DNA of 64,000 bases from Eledone cirrhosa. Its lineage: Eukaryota. The notes beneath the pieces were generated by a model. That model was given only the letters and a program-made list of their open reading frames with translations. It was not told the DNA's origin and did no database searches. Positions 1 through 12,905 of this stretch are shown here, piece by piece. The position numbers and the translations under genes were made by a program. The stretch lies in assembly GCA_964016885.1 (NCBI GenBank), contig OZ024758.1:21452001-21516000 (forward strand). Reading direction: 5' to 3'. How positions within the stretch are numbered: position 1 is the stretch's first letter; the number at the start of each line of letters is the position of its first letter.

Positions 1-1188
1 CTGTCCCAAGGGATTCATTCCTGAGACATTCTAACCACATGTCTATAGTATCGGAGCTGTGATATCTCAATTCGGAGACGTAAAGTCTCTACCTCGAGTG
101 ACACGCCAGCCATTCTTTCCTGAGACATTCTAACCACATCTATATAGAGCCAAATTACTGTGAACATCACATTTTAAGGCATATTGCATTTCATATTGTA
201 TTACCCAATGTAACCAAGTATATGATAACAGGGTGTGATTTGAGGGAGAATTGGCTAATGTGTGTATCAGTTAGGGAAACAAGGTAATATTTTCCATATT
301 GGTTCATTGTTAATTGCAGAAAGTGGGAATTGTAAACTCTATTATATTTGCATACATCCATTAGATTTATTTACTGCTACAAAACACCAGAATTAAGTGC
401 CTGCTTCAATAAATCATACGACTGCATACGTTATTTTCATATGTTTTCTTTTAATATTTATTTGTTACTCAATCTGAATAATATAAGCAAGCTCCGGGCA
501 AGCGATACATTGATTGTTACACTTTACATTTCCGGGACTAGGGGTGAATCTGATGTTGAACTTAATAATCAATTAGTCCTGTTGAAATGTTTAGCTACAG
601 GCTTTTGGTTTTGATATTATTAAATTGGAAATATTTCTTTGGCAACATCATTAAAAAGGAGTAAAAGTTTTCATGTGAAAGCCTTAATTGAAAATGTAAC
701 ATTTTCGAGCTAAATGTTTTGGAGTTTAGTTAAATGGAAATATAAATTTATTTTATGGCTTTGTAGCCCCACATGATATCAGCTCTCATTATCTCTACAG
801 ATACACCTGAAAATGAATGGCTAAAAATTATGAAGGGAAATGATTTTAATAGCTGATTTCAACACAGTTACAAAACCAGATCACTGTTAACTAATCTTCA
901 CTCAAGAGCACTGACATTATCGATCTAATGAGTGTTTCCTGTATACAAGTAAGTTTCTCTCTTACGAGTTAGGGTCAGGGTTAATGCAAATACAATAAGA
1001 GAAACGCGAGTAATATAACTATGGTTTAAAACCATTTCAGACATCGAATGTGTTGAGTGTTTACATATTCCAGTGATTGGAAGAGGTACCTCTGAAAACA
1101 TTTCGTTTTTAGATTTTGATATAGAGTCAATGATTTTGGTGAAACCCCTGACATGACAAAAACCAAACAGAAAGTAATGTTATCAATA

Positions 1189-1610
1189 ATGGTTTCTTAT
1201 ATGGGCACAATGCCAGCAATTTGGGGGGAGGGGAAACGTCGATTAAATCAACCACAGGGTATTACTGGTACTTTATTTTATCGACCCTGTAAGGATGAAA
1301 GGCAAAGTTAACCTCGGCGGGATTTGAACTCAGATCATAAAGGGACGTAACTCCATGCTGCAAAGCATGGCGTCTGACCCTGTACCGATACTGCCAATCC
1401 ACCGCCCTGTAATGTTATCAATAATTGTTTCTACTTTAGGCACAAGGCCAGCAATTAACCAGTGCATTACTGGTACTTTATTTTATCGACCCCCGTAAGG
1501 ATGAAAGGCAAAGTCAACCTCGGCGGGATTTGAACTCAGATCGTAAAGGGACGTAACTATGCTGGAAAGCATGGCGTCCGACACTCTACGGATACTGCCA
1601 ATCCACCACT
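1189..1610 (-). mobile_element. Two tandem tRNA-derived SINE copies (family S1, Meta/MESC-like central domain)
   Basis: Reverse complement reads GGGCGGTGGATTGGCAGTATCGGTA...GAGTTCAAATCCCGCCGAGGTTAACTTTGCCTTTCATCCTTAC(A/G)GGGTCGATAAAATAAAGTACCAG. The first copy is flanked by the direct repeat GTAATGTTATCAATAAT (about 1174 and 1409). Confidence 0.9.
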
Positions 1611-2839
1611 GGTTGTTGTGTACCTACATAGCAGAGAAGTAAGTAATGCCAGTCATGATTTATTTAAAGAAATATGAATGCCATAGTTCAAGTATGTATA
1701 ACATGCTAGTCTGGTGATAATTATTAGCTAGATAAATTTATATTATACAAAAGCCAAAAGAAGATTTAATTTCAAATGTTTCCTTTACTATTAATTTATT
1801 TTGATATAATCCATATTAGTATTAATAATGCTATGTGGTATATTCGTTTATATAAATAGTCTGGCGATTTATAGCTGTCGCAGTCATTAGTGTTGCCAGA
1901 CTGTAATTCCAACGATCAAGGTGAGGCAACGTTTCTTTGTCGAACGAAAGACAATTAAATCAGTTTTATATTTGTCAAAGGCACTTAATTTGGTCTAGCT
2001 CCCTTCATCCGGTTGTCAATTTGTAAATTTACAGTTTGTAAATTATAGGTAAAAACATTACTATAGTTAGAGACGTAGTTGGACGCTATATAACGGGCGA
2101 ATAATTAGTTATGGTTTTGTGCGCGGCAGTAATTCTCTTGTGAGTTACTAAATAAGAGATTTATACCAACATTAGTAGTATTATCAACACATGCTAACAA
2201 AGCTACAAAAACAACAACTCGACTACAAAAAAAAAATAATAATGATAATAAAAATAACAAATAGAGGAACTACAACAACAAAATCAACAAAAAACGTTAC
2301 AATACGATTCCTTTGTGTAATGAGAACAAGCTATAAAACGATTAAATATTTGTACAAATGTATAACACGATTCATGCTTTTAGATTCTACAACAATTTGG
2401 ATCATTTCATCAGAAGTTTATGACTTCATTAGAGCTGTTTGTCTAATGCTCTATAAAACAAACCGGCTGTAATTCCTCTATTAATATCAGTTCCTAACAT
2501 AGGCACACGGTCGTATATTTCCAGGCTGATTTGTGAAACATTTCAATGATAGTACAACATATTAAACGTGTATCAAACGTGTATATATTTTCGTCTCAGT
2601 GAGTTAAGATTAATAGAGCAAACATCTTTCATAAATCAATAATATATCAAGTTGATACAAGAATTAAACATCATTAGTAAAATATAGATCAGTATTTTTA
2701 ATTCGTATATTTAGTAGGAGTTTAGAGAAGCATTATAAGGCAATTGTTTTTTATTACGTTTGGTTATAGTTACTCTTATTTATGACTGGAAATTAATATA
2801 TAGAGGCAACCCATAATATGCTGAACACACACACACGCG

Positions 2840-3470
2840 CACATGCACACACAAGTATATATTTTTATATATATACACCTATATACACGCATATATATGT
2901 ATATTTTAATATATATAAACGTATATACACGCATATATATGTATATATATATACATATATAAACGTATATACTCGCATATATATATATACATATAAAAAC
3001 GTATACACAGGCATATACGTATATATACATATATAAACGTATACACAGGCGTATATGTATATATACATATATAAACGTATATACAGGTATATAAGTATAT
3101 ATACATATATAAACGTATACACAGGTATATATGTATATAAATGTATACACAGGTATATAAGTATATATACATATATAAACGTATACACAGGTATATATGT
3201 ATATAAATGTATACACAGGTATATATACATATATAAGCGTATACACAGGCATATATGTATATATACATATATAAACGTATACACAGGTATATATACATAT
3301 ATAAACGTATACACAGGTATATATGCATATATAAACGTATACACAGGTATATACGTATATATACACATATATACACAGGTATATATATATATAAATATAT
3401 AAATATATATATATATGTATATGTGTGTATATATATATATTCACACGCACGCACGCACGCGCGCGAACGA
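2840..3470. repeat. TA-derived minisatellite (unit about ATATACATATATAAACGTATACACAGGT)
   Basis: Recurrent AAACGTATACACAGG motif in a TA background; explains the YI/VY-rich ORFs. Confidence 0.9.
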
Positions 3471-3902
3471 AGATCTGCTCAATAATATTATTCTATTTTA
3501 CTTATATTTCTCTACACCAATCAATAACTCTCTTACCATCGATTGATCCAGAAACATTATATGGAGTAGTGAAACAATTGTAAACTGACATTGCTATCCC
3601 CTTTCTATATTAAACTGCCCTTAATGTTGAAACTCTGTGACTAATGCCTTCTATGTGAATTTGTGGTCTTGTTTTGTTTAACTACTGAATATATATATAT
3701 ATATATATATATTCTTTTTCTTTCTCTTCTCTCTCTCTCTCTCCGTCTTTTCTTTTTCTTTCTCTCCGTCTTTTTCTAATTGTGCTTAACACTATGACTT
3801 ATTAAAACAATGTAAACAAATCACTATCCAGACAGCCTCCAAAAGTAATGGTTGTATTTTAAAAGGGTACGTCAAAGCTATTTGTAAAACTGTTATATAT
3901 TG

Positions 3903-3967
3903 TATTTTGTCTGATGAAGGCATACCATAATTTAATGTGGTATCCCTGAAATATGTATAATGAAATA
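3903..3967 (+). ncRNA. Type I hammerhead ribozyme motif (family A, diverged copy)
   Basis: TATTTTGT-CTGATGA-AGGC ATACCATA/TGTGGTAT CCCT-GAAA-T ATGT A-TA-ATGAAATA. Helix I has 8 bp including G-U pairs; helix II is a hairpin; helix III is minimal. Confidence 0.7.
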
Positions 3968-4142
3968 GATATGGTTTTATAAATATAGTTTCCATTTATT
4001 AATATCGTATATCTACTCCAAAAACTTGTCGAGTGCTTTATATCAGTTATAAAAATATTTACTTGTTGTATCCCAACAACTTTAAATAGAACTTTTGCAT
4101 ATATATATATATATATATATATTTATTTATATATATATATAT

Positions 4143-4535
4143 TATAACCAAAAGTTAAACAAGTTTCATTGATTAATTGTATCAAGGTTCATTGTATTTT
4201 ATCTGATGAGGACGTACTGAAAAACAGCACAGTACCTCCGAAATATATATAATGGGTTCTTATTTAGGCACAAGGCCGGCAATTGGGGGGGGGTGAAAGT
4301 CGATGAAATTGACCCCAGTGCGTGACTTGTACATTATTCTATCGACCCCGTAAGGATGAAAGGCAAGGTTAACCTCGGCGGGATTTGAACTCAGATCATA
4401 AAAGGCCGTAACTCTATGCGGCAAAGCATGGCGTCCAACCTTCTACCGATACTGCCAATCCACCGCCCTCCGAAATATATATAAAATATATTTTGATTAA
4501 GTGAATGTCTACATTTATTAATATTTAGAATTAAT
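4143..4535 (+). mobile_element. Penelope-like pLTR unit (family A) with HHR, interrupted by a SINE
   Basis: CTGATGA GGACGTACTG...CAGTACCTCC GAAA TATATATA at 4203-4251; same family as 26170-26450(-); bounded by (TA)n. Confidence 0.7.
4253..4468 (-). mobile_element. SINE S1 with 16-bp target-site duplication
   Basis: S1 sequence; TCCGAAATATATATAA at 4237-4252 and 4469-4484. Confidence 0.92.
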
Positions 4536-4556
4536 ATTATATATATATTATATATA

Positions 4557-4682
4557 TTTATTAAAATAACAGATTAAAGATTAAGCAAAAAATCGTTTGT
4601 TTCACCCTTAATATATATATATATATTTATTATCCTTATGGAGCCTGTCTTCGGATTTTAGTCTTCACAATTATTATTAGTA
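4557..4682. mobile_element. Family B unit (inverted 5' piece plus 3' piece)
   Basis: AAATAACAGATTAAAG...TTTCACCCTTAA, then TCCTTATGGAGCC...GGATTTTAGTCTTC; matches 20126-20332. Confidence 0.7.
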
Positions 4683-5214
4683 CTATATATATATATATAT
4701 AGTAATATTTATATTTATATATGTTTGATATAAATATGTAGGGTAGTACTTAGTACTAGCCGGTTAGTGCTTTACATTACACCTTACATAAAAAATACCT
4801 ACATTATCAGCACACGCCTCTCTAACAAATTACACACTGCCTTTAATGTTTATACCATGCTTTAACACTCCACACAAAATGTTTATTTCAACTGCATTAT
4901 AACTCTTCCCTCATACATACATTATTGACTGTATTGATTCCTGCATTGTACACCAATTGTCCTTGCTTATAACTCCTTAGGCTGTGTTTTTTGGTTTGTT
5001 TTTTTGCTTGGGATTTTTTTTTTTTTGCTTGTGCTTTTTGCTTTTACTTATACCTATTACACTTCCAACCAGTGCTGCTGTAATTGTGTTCTTTCAAGCA
5101 GAACATCTTTTTAACTCCTGACTCTCCACATGGTGCCTTTGACACTAATAACAACTATGTACCCTAAATGTTCTAAATGACTAGGATTCTAGTTACACGT
5201 TTTTGACATTCCTT

Positions 5215-5263
5215 AAGATCCGATGATTCCAGACTTCCCTCTGGAAGAAACAATTGTCAGCTA
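5215..5263 (+). ncRNA. Minimal type I HHR motif, U4C core variant
   Basis: CCGATGA-TTCCAGA cttccc TCTGGAA-GAAA-C AATT G-TC. Helix II is a perfect 7 bp; helix III loop is palindromic; helix I (AGAT/AGCT) has one mismatch. Confidence 0.65.
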
Positions 5264-5315
5264 ATAAATGTTCTAAACTAAAATTTGATCGTTTTAACAC
5301 TTATATATATATATA

Positions 5316-5363
<48 letters not shown>

Positions 5364-5799
5364 ACATGTATGGCGGCAAGAGTGTGTAAAATATTTTGTT
5401 GAGTTATTCAGAATTAAGTGTATTCTGTATTCGCTAAGAGCAAAGCACAGCACGAATTTGTAGACAAAAAAAACGTATCGTCAGAAGGCCAAAGAAAAAA
5501 TATAACAAACATCTTGTTTTGTGAAGAGGTCATGTTATATATATCATATATCATCTGTGATGTGTGTGTATGTGTTTCCTACATAATCTAGCAGCAATTA
5601 ATATTATAAAACAACAATACTAACATTGTCAAAACTTTCTATTGTATTTTGTATTTGTTGTTTTTCTATGTGAGAATGTTACACCGTATTTATATGATTT
5701 AATGAAGAAAAAAGAGCTTGGAAAAATATCATGATCGTGTTTAGTCTGTAACTGTACAGTTAATTTCTTTCTTATTCTGTATGAAATTTCAACTGTGTA

Positions 5800-5974
5800 T
5801 CTGTAAACACATACAGTGGCACATATAGATATAGAGAGATGGAGAGAACTAGGGAGAGATAGGGAGACATACAGACACATACAGTGGCATATAGAGAGAT
5901 AGAGAGAGAGAGATAGACACACAGACATACAGACACATACAGTGGCACATATAGATATAGAGAGATAGACAGAG

Positions 5975-6005
<31 letters not shown>

Positions 6006-6357
6006 TACGCAGTCATATAGAGAGAGATAGACACAGACATATATATAGAGAGAGAGAGTGAGAGAGAGATACACAGTCATATAGAGAGAGATAGACACAG
6101 ACATATATATATAGAGAGAGAGTGAGAGAGAGATACACAGTCATATAGAGAGATAGTCACAGACACACGCAGTGGCACATATATACATAGAGAGAGATAG
6201 ACACACACAGACACGTAGGGAGAGAGAGAGACACACACACAGACACATGCAGAGATACAGACATACACACACATACATATAAGGAGATATAGACACACAC
6301 ACACATACATATAAGGAGATATAGACACATTCAGATAGACACATAGATACAGAGAGA
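5800..6357. repeat. Compound (GA)/(CA)/(TA) minisatellite
   Basis: Repeated ACAGTGGCACATATAGA and AGACACAGACATATA units. Confidence 0.85.
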
Positions 6358-6559
6358 CGCACTTGGCTGCGGTAGCGTTCAACGGGAGCTCCATTCTCAA
6401 CGGCTGCCAAGGCAAGATTGAGCATCCCAGCGAAGTGCGCGCATGCGTGTTTGGGAGCGAAGGAAGCACCAATCACAACAGTGTTGCCAACAGCCGTACA
6501 AACATTTTCTCTGCCTCCCCATTGCTTTGGAGACCTTACTTTTGGGATTACCATCGTAT
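6358..6559 (-). mobile_element. Mariner transposon 5' end (TIR plus transposase start)
   Basis: Minus strand begins TA-CGATGGTAATCCCAAAAGTAAGGTCTCC (mariner-type TIR) and later encodes MELPLNATAAKC, resembling mariner transposase N-termini; truncated by the microsatellite. Confidence 0.6.
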
Positions 6560-6784
6560 ATATATATATATATATATGCGCGCGCACGTGTGTGTGTATA
6601 TAAACAAAAGACAGATACTTTAGATCATCTCTATTTATTTTATTATGTATATTTCGAAGATGCAACATAATGCAAAACATGTTCGTGTCAGACAAAATGC
6701 ATAGGAGATGCAGGTTTATTTTGATATACTGGCGGTCAAACGAGCTGAAAAGACCCTTGACAATACCGTGGATATCATAGTTCA

Positions 6785-6948
6785 GTGATTCTATCTGAAC
6801 ATGGCTGCGACTGTGGCGCCTGAGACCAGATTTACGCAAGCACATCTTTCCACACTCAGGGCACACCAATTCAATGGAGATACCAATCGTTTCGAGAGAT
6901 ACACCAGCGCATTGCTTACACAGTCCCGTTTGATCTTCTCATGCTCTT
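6785..6948 (-). mobile_element. RTE-clade LINE 3' end with terminal C2H2 finger
   Basis: VCPECGKMCLRKSGLRRHSRSH; a single CxxC...GLxxHxRxH finger is typical of RTE/BovB ORF C-termini. Confidence 0.6.
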
Positions 6949-7777
6949 TCTATATATATATATATATAAAGAGAGAGAGATATGTAGATAGATAGATACG
7001 TGTGTCTGAACACTTTCTTAAACAACTTTCGTAAAACTGCTTTTGAAATCACTAATATTTACGCTCGGTAAGATTTGTTTGTGAATAAAGTTATTCTTGT
7101 TTATCTTTTCGTTGCAATATTTTCAATATTATTTGTCACGAAGTCATTAATTTTCCCTGTATGTGTCTGTTTGTTCGATGTTGTTAGCCTAGTTTTTTTC
7201 TGTTAATATTTGTTAGACAAATTCCTGTCGGGGGAAGGGCATTTGCTTATGTTAATGCAAACTATAACTAGGGGGGTAATTTTAATTTTTTTTTTTTATA
7301 GCTACTCCAAATGAGACAGCTATGTGAAAACATTTCTAACGGAAAGAAGTTAAACATATATGCTAAAACTGTGTGGCCAAACTGAACATAACTAAAATGA
7401 GAAACGAAAAACGAAAATGAATCTTTTAACTCAACCGTAATACGAAACAGAAGTAATAATCGAAATGTAATTTGAAACAGCAGCAAATGCAAATTAGGAA
7501 AGCAACAAGAACGTGGACGAGAATTAGAACGAGACCGTGAACCAGATTAGAACAGCGTGGATTTACAGAAAACGAATAAACAGAAGCAAGTAACAAAGGT
7601 AAGAAAATTAAGAATAATAATATTCCCCAATAAAGGGAACAACCTCCCCCCTCAAATACATCACCCGAACAATAGCGTAAATGTCCCCCTCCCATCTATT
7701 AAACATCTATTAAACACTACTGTCTACTATTGAATTAAATTAACCTTAAAGCATGTTTCTTCTCCTTGGTCCACTCG

Positions 7778-7975
7778 ACTGGCACTCCGTCGGTTACGAC
7801 GACGGTATTCCAGTTGATCCGATCAACAGAACAGCCGGCTCGTGAAATTAACGTGCCAGTGACTGAGCATTCCACAGACACGTGTAGCCTTAACGTATTT
7901 CTTAGGGAGATTCAACATAAGAAGGGTGGCTCTTCGAATTACAGTTAAACCTCATTTTTGCCTGCTGATTGAATG
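7778..7975 (-). mobile_element. Body fragment of a second SINE family
   Basis: GGCACTCCGTCGGTTACGACGAC...GTTGATCCGATCAAC...CTCGTGAAATTAACGTG; recalled as an abundant octopus repeat, not database-checked. Confidence 0.6.
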
Positions 7976-8067
7976 CTACAAGGAGTTAAGATGATGTTGC
8001 TTGTATATATATATATATGTATATATATACATATATGCGTGTCTATATATAATTCTGTGTGTGCACT

Positions 8068-8104
<37 letters not shown>

Positions 8105-8105
<1 letters not shown>

Positions 8106-8477
8106 GTATAATAAACAATACAATATAATTACCTCATTACCAGAGGTTTCCCGAATAAGACGAATACGAAAAACGTCCTCATTCGTTCGTCGGACAAGGC
8201 AATTTAAAACATAGTGAAACATTTGAAAAGTCTCCTCAAGAAATGCAAAAAATATATAAATAAAAGTAATGCAAGAGATATATAAAAAATAAGGAAATAT
8301 TGTTAGGGTATGTGTATATGTATATATACACATTCACATTTCTTGAGGAGAATTTTCAAATATTTCACTGTTTTAAATTGCCTTGTCCGACGAACGAATG
8401 GGGACGTTTTTCGTATTCATCTTATTCGGGAAACCTCTGGTAATGAGGTAATTATATTGTATTGTTTATTATACATT
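8105..8477. mobile_element. About 140-bp inverted repeat with an HHR (U4C variant) in each arm
   Basis: Arms 8105-8246 and 8337-8477. Plus HHR 8381-8448: CCTTGT-CCGACGA-long helix II-GAAA-CC TCT GG-TA-ATGAGG. Minus copy at 8132-8199. Confidence 0.75.
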
Positions 8478-8552
8478 AAATTTTTCTCTGGTACTTACAT
8501 AGAGCACTCTTCACTCCTATGACTTTTTCAATTTTCAACGGAAACTTCAATA

Positions 8553-8582
<30 letters not shown>

Positions 8583-8591
<9 letters not shown>

Positions 8592-8666
8592 ATATGTGAG
8601 AATATATGTCTGAAGATATATATATATATATATCTTCAGACATATATTCTCACATATACACATACA
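8583..8666. repeat. Perfect palindrome centred on (TA)n
   Basis: TGTATGTGTATATGTGAGAATATATGTCTGAAGA-(TA)n-TCTTCAGACATATATTCTCACATATACACATACA. Confidence 0.85.
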
Positions 8667-9574
8667 TTCATGCATATATATATATATATAATAACTAGGC
8701 GTAAATCTCTTTGATACAAATATCATAGTGGGAACAGAAATATAATTGTTAGTATTTTAACATCTGTCTCTTTTATTCTTTCTCATGAAAGAGTTCGCTA
8801 GGAAAATTAACTGTTTTTCCACCATCCAATTTCTCAGTAACAACAATTGATTTTTAACTGATTTATAACAATTAATTATAAATTTAAATTGATAAAATGG
8901 AATGATAACTATGACTATAACAATGACAACCAAAATCTATTAGTATGATGTGTTTGTTACAATTTTTTAGGGGGGGGGGGACTTTGGGTTTTGTTTGGAG
9001 TTTTTTTTTCGCATTTTTAATTTTAATATATTTGTTTTATTTTTGCTTTTTTTTGTATTGTTGTGGCTTTTTTGTTGTTGCGTTTTTCTTGTTGTTTTTT
9101 GCAAACATTAATTTAGTAATTGTAATACATCGCTGCTAAATATGTACACAAATCAAGCAGAAGTGAAATAAACCATTCTAGGAACAAACAATCGGATCAT
9201 TAATGCCAACCTGAAACAAACCATGTGTGCTTAGCAACAACATATTGCAAGCTGAAACAGTAAAAATCATCTGTGAACGGCTTTACAACAAAGTATGAAG
9301 ATAATTTCTATGTACATGGTATGAATTGTGGAAAATATTATTACGTATATAATTTCGTCCTATGCATTTATTTGTTCATAATAAATCTTGCTAATTTTTC
9401 CTTCATAATAGTCCGTTATTTGAGTTTGTAGAGGTGGTAGTTGTGTAGGAATATATCGTTATTTCATATTGGTTGAGCTTTTGTAAGTATTTATTTTCAG
9501 GAGTTACGTTTGTGTCAAGTTTATATAAAAATAATAAAAATGATAATTATTATTTTTATAATAATTTTTAACAT

Positions 9575-9801
9575 TTGAAATATTGAGCAAAAGTTGACCT
9601 GGAGATAGAGACTGGAATGATAAACAGAAATGTGGAAGCTAAGAACTGAAACGATACCAGTTGTTGTAGACACTCTAGGAATGATACCTAAGGGCTCTAA
9701 TGATTACTTATCCTAAATCACAGGAAACCCGCGTATAGAAGAAATACTAAAGATAGTACTATGCGAACTGCCCATATACTAAGGAAGATTCCGTCAATAT
9801 A
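9575..9801 (+). mobile_element. R4/Dong-type LINE 3' fragment (restriction-like endonuclease C-terminus)
   Basis: Frameshifted translation DLEIE...MWKLRTETIPVVVDTLGMIPKG...EEILKIVL...TAHILRK; next to TAA-rich DNA. Confidence 0.7.
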
Positions 9802-9928
9802 AATACATCACAAGTCTAAACACCTAAATATACATGTATGTGTGTATGTGTTCTTTCTCGAACATGGCGGACCTTGTCTATTGAGGTCACTGATTATGAA
9901 CATAAAGCAAGATAAATGAAAGAATAAT

Positions 9929-10137
9929 AATGGTTTCATATATAGGCACAAGGCCAGCAATTTTGGGAGAAGGGAATATCGATTAAATCGACCCCAATGC
10001 GTAACTGGTACTTTATTTTATTGATCCCATAAGGATGAAAGGCAAAGTTAACCTCGGCGGGATTTAAACTCAGATCATAAAGTAACTCTATGCTACAAAG
10101 CATGGCGTCCGACTCTCTACCGATTCTGCCAATCCAC
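9929..10137 (-). mobile_element. SINE S1
   Basis: Matches the S1 consensus. Confidence 0.9.
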
Positions 10138-10419
10138 AATAGTGATGTAAATATGTACTCTTTTGTTTACAGTTAGAAAAACAAGAGTTAATATTTTCAG
10201 AATTTATGATTAGGAATTATTACAGAGAGAGAGTGGCGTTGTGAGTTACAGAGAGGGGGGTGGGGTGAATATTGTTTGAGATAGATACTCTATAATATTA
10301 CTCAATAGTGATGTTTCAAAATAACTATATTAAGAAAATATAACGTAATATATTTCACCTTATGTAGGATCTTTAATATATTAACAACATTATACTAACT
10401 GTTCATGTTTCCTTGGAGG

Positions 10420-11450
10420 GGGTCTTGGATACACTCATACGTAATTGCTGGCCTTGGGCCAAAAGTAGAAATATTATTATTATTATTATTATAATTATTA
10501 TTGTAAAGCCGGTGAGGGCGGTGGATTGTCAGTATCGATAGAAGATCGGACGCCATGCTTTGCGGGCATAGAGACATGGCCCTTTATGATCTAAGTTCAA
10601 ATCCCGCCGAGATTAACTTTGCCTTTCATCCTTACGGGGGTCGATAAAATAAAGTACCAGTCACGTACTGAGGTCGATTTAATCGACTTTCCCTTCGCCC
10701 CAAATTACTGGCCCTGCGCCTATACTAGAAATCATTGGATTGGCAGTATCGGTAGAGGGTCGGACGCCATGCTTTCCAGCATAGTTATGTCCCTTTACGG
10801 TCTGAGTTCAAATCCCGTTGAGGTTAACTTTGCCTTTCATCCTTACGGGGTCGATAAAATAAAGTACCAGTAATGTACTGGTGAATTGCTGGCCTTGTGC
10901 CTAAAGTAGAAACAATTATTATTAATAGAAGGGATCTTGGATACAATCATACGTAATTGCTGGCCTTGGGCCAAAAGTAGAAATATTATTATTATTATTA
11001 TTATTATTGTAAAGCCGGTGAGGGCGGTGGATTGCTAGTATTGGTAGAGGGTCGGACACTCTGCTTTGCAGCATAGAGTTGCGGTCCTTTATGATCTGAG
11101 TTCAAATCCCGCCGAGGTTAACTTTTCCTTTCATCCTTACGGGGTCGATAAATTAAAGCACCAGTAACGTACTGGGTCGATTTAATCGACTTTACCCTCT
11201 GCCAGAATTACTGGCCTTGTGCAGATACTAAAAATCATTATTATATAATGAATGTGGGCGGTGGATTGGCAGTATTGGTAGAGGGTCGGACGCCATGCTT
11301 TGACGTATAGAGTTACGGTCCTTGCCATTCTGATTTCAAATCCCACCAAGGTTAACTTTGCCTTTCATCCTTACGGGGTCGATAAAATAAAGTACCAGTA
11401 ATGCACTGGGTAATTGCTGGCGTTGTGCTAAAAAGTAGAAACAATTATTA
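10420..11450 (+). mobile_element. Cluster of four head-to-tail SINE S1 copies
   Basis: Heads near 10515, 10736, 11021 and 11257. An about 90-bp leader (TCTTGGATACA...TGTAAAGCCGGTGAGGGCGG) is duplicated at about 10420 and 10931. Confidence 0.9.
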
Positions 11451-11464
11451 TATTATAGAAAGTA

Positions 11465-12905
11465 GTTAAGATAACTTTCTTTTTATTTGCCACAAGGGCA
11501 TCAAAAGTGGGACAAGTACAATGGGGGGAGTTTACATAACAAGGCGTCCTCAATATGGAGGAGGCAATAACAAAGTATAAAAATAAAATACAATATAACA
11601 AAATAAATTTATAACAAAATCCTCCATAGGAAGCAGGCGCCTTGGGGGGTCGCACACACCCCCGAAAAAAAGTGTACAACCCTTCTCCTCAGGAGCACAG
11701 AGAGGGGGTGCTCCCTTGATCTTTCCTCTTCCTCACCTATAGTCTGATGTAGAGTGAAGGCCCATTCACACGGGCTATTCTCGCCACTTTCACCCATCTT
11801 TCATAAAAACGGCTGGGGTGCAGCACCTCTCTCCCCATCCTGATACTTTTTCCGAAATGATATCGGAAGAAACGGACCAGTTGTTGGCCAGAGAGAAAGG
11901 TGTCTGACCTCAGTCCTTTCAGACGCGTCCACCATACAACCTCTTTCGCCATGGCTATTACGCACAGTAACACCGCCTCTCCTTCGTTTTTGGAGAGCGG
12001 GGCGGATTGATCGTTACAATAGACTCGGTGGTCAACCGGATCGGTCCCACCCTTGACAGCAGTTGTTCGACATAGCCCCACAGATCGGCAATGCCCGAGC
12101 AGTGTACCAATGCGTGTGCCGCGGTTTCCTCGTCGCACACGCATCTGGGACAGATCTTTTTTGAGGGGTCCCTACCTGGGCGCCCGTGTCTGTAGAGCCT
12201 TTCTTGAACGGGCAGAGCTCTTCGGTAGCACTGCCAGGCCAGGGACCTCTGGAAGTTATCCATGGGTCCCGGGCTGAATGTCCTACCGAACAGGTTGGCC
12301 AGTTCGTCTTCCATGCCTAGGGCTTCTCCAAGGGCGTCGTCGCACCTGCTAACCACCAGCCCTCTATAGAATGACGAGGTGGATTCTCCACTGACAGCCG
12401 GGTCTACCTGCCAGAGAACCGTGAGTGCCTGGGCACACTCGGTGTGCCAGGCGCCCAGTTTTCTCGGTCTTTGGATTGCAGCTCGGTGAGTGAGACGAGT
12501 CTGGGAAAGGCTCGCCTCACAAACGGGGCCCACACAGGTTGACCGGTGAGGAATACCTGGAGGTGCCGTAGCCTTAATGCGTGTTTACGTATCATTAGCC
12601 ACGGCATCCCCAGCCCTCCTTTCGAAGGGTGTTGTCAGCAGATGGATCTCCTCACCATAGGAGCCCGCTTCTTCCAAAGAAATTGGAAGAGTGCGCGCTC
12701 CATTTTGGCGAGCGTTTCCCTTGGGCAAGGCACAACGGTCAAGCGGTAGTAGATGACGGACGCTATATAAGTGTTCGCCACCTCCGCCCGACCTTTCAGG
12801 GACAGTTTGCACTCAGCCCACTTCTGGGTCAGTGCAAACACCCTGTTCGTTACCTCACCCCAGTACTTCTCCACCTGGAGGTCTGGTCCGAAGAGGAAAA
12901 CACCA
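11465..12905 (-). mobile_element. 5'-truncated L1/Tx1-clade LINE (ORF2 C-terminus plus 3' UTR), disrupted
   Basis: W..CKLSLKGRAEVANTYIASVIYY...FLWK...KGGLGMP and a CCHC knuckle (CPRC...EETAAHALVHC). In-frame TGA at 12635-12637 plus frameshifts; AATAAA near the 3' end. Confidence 0.9.

Noticed and set aside
6800-6869. C2H2 zinc-finger host gene exon
   Set aside because: Single finger with no TGEKP linker or array; it fits the terminal finger of RTE LINEs better.
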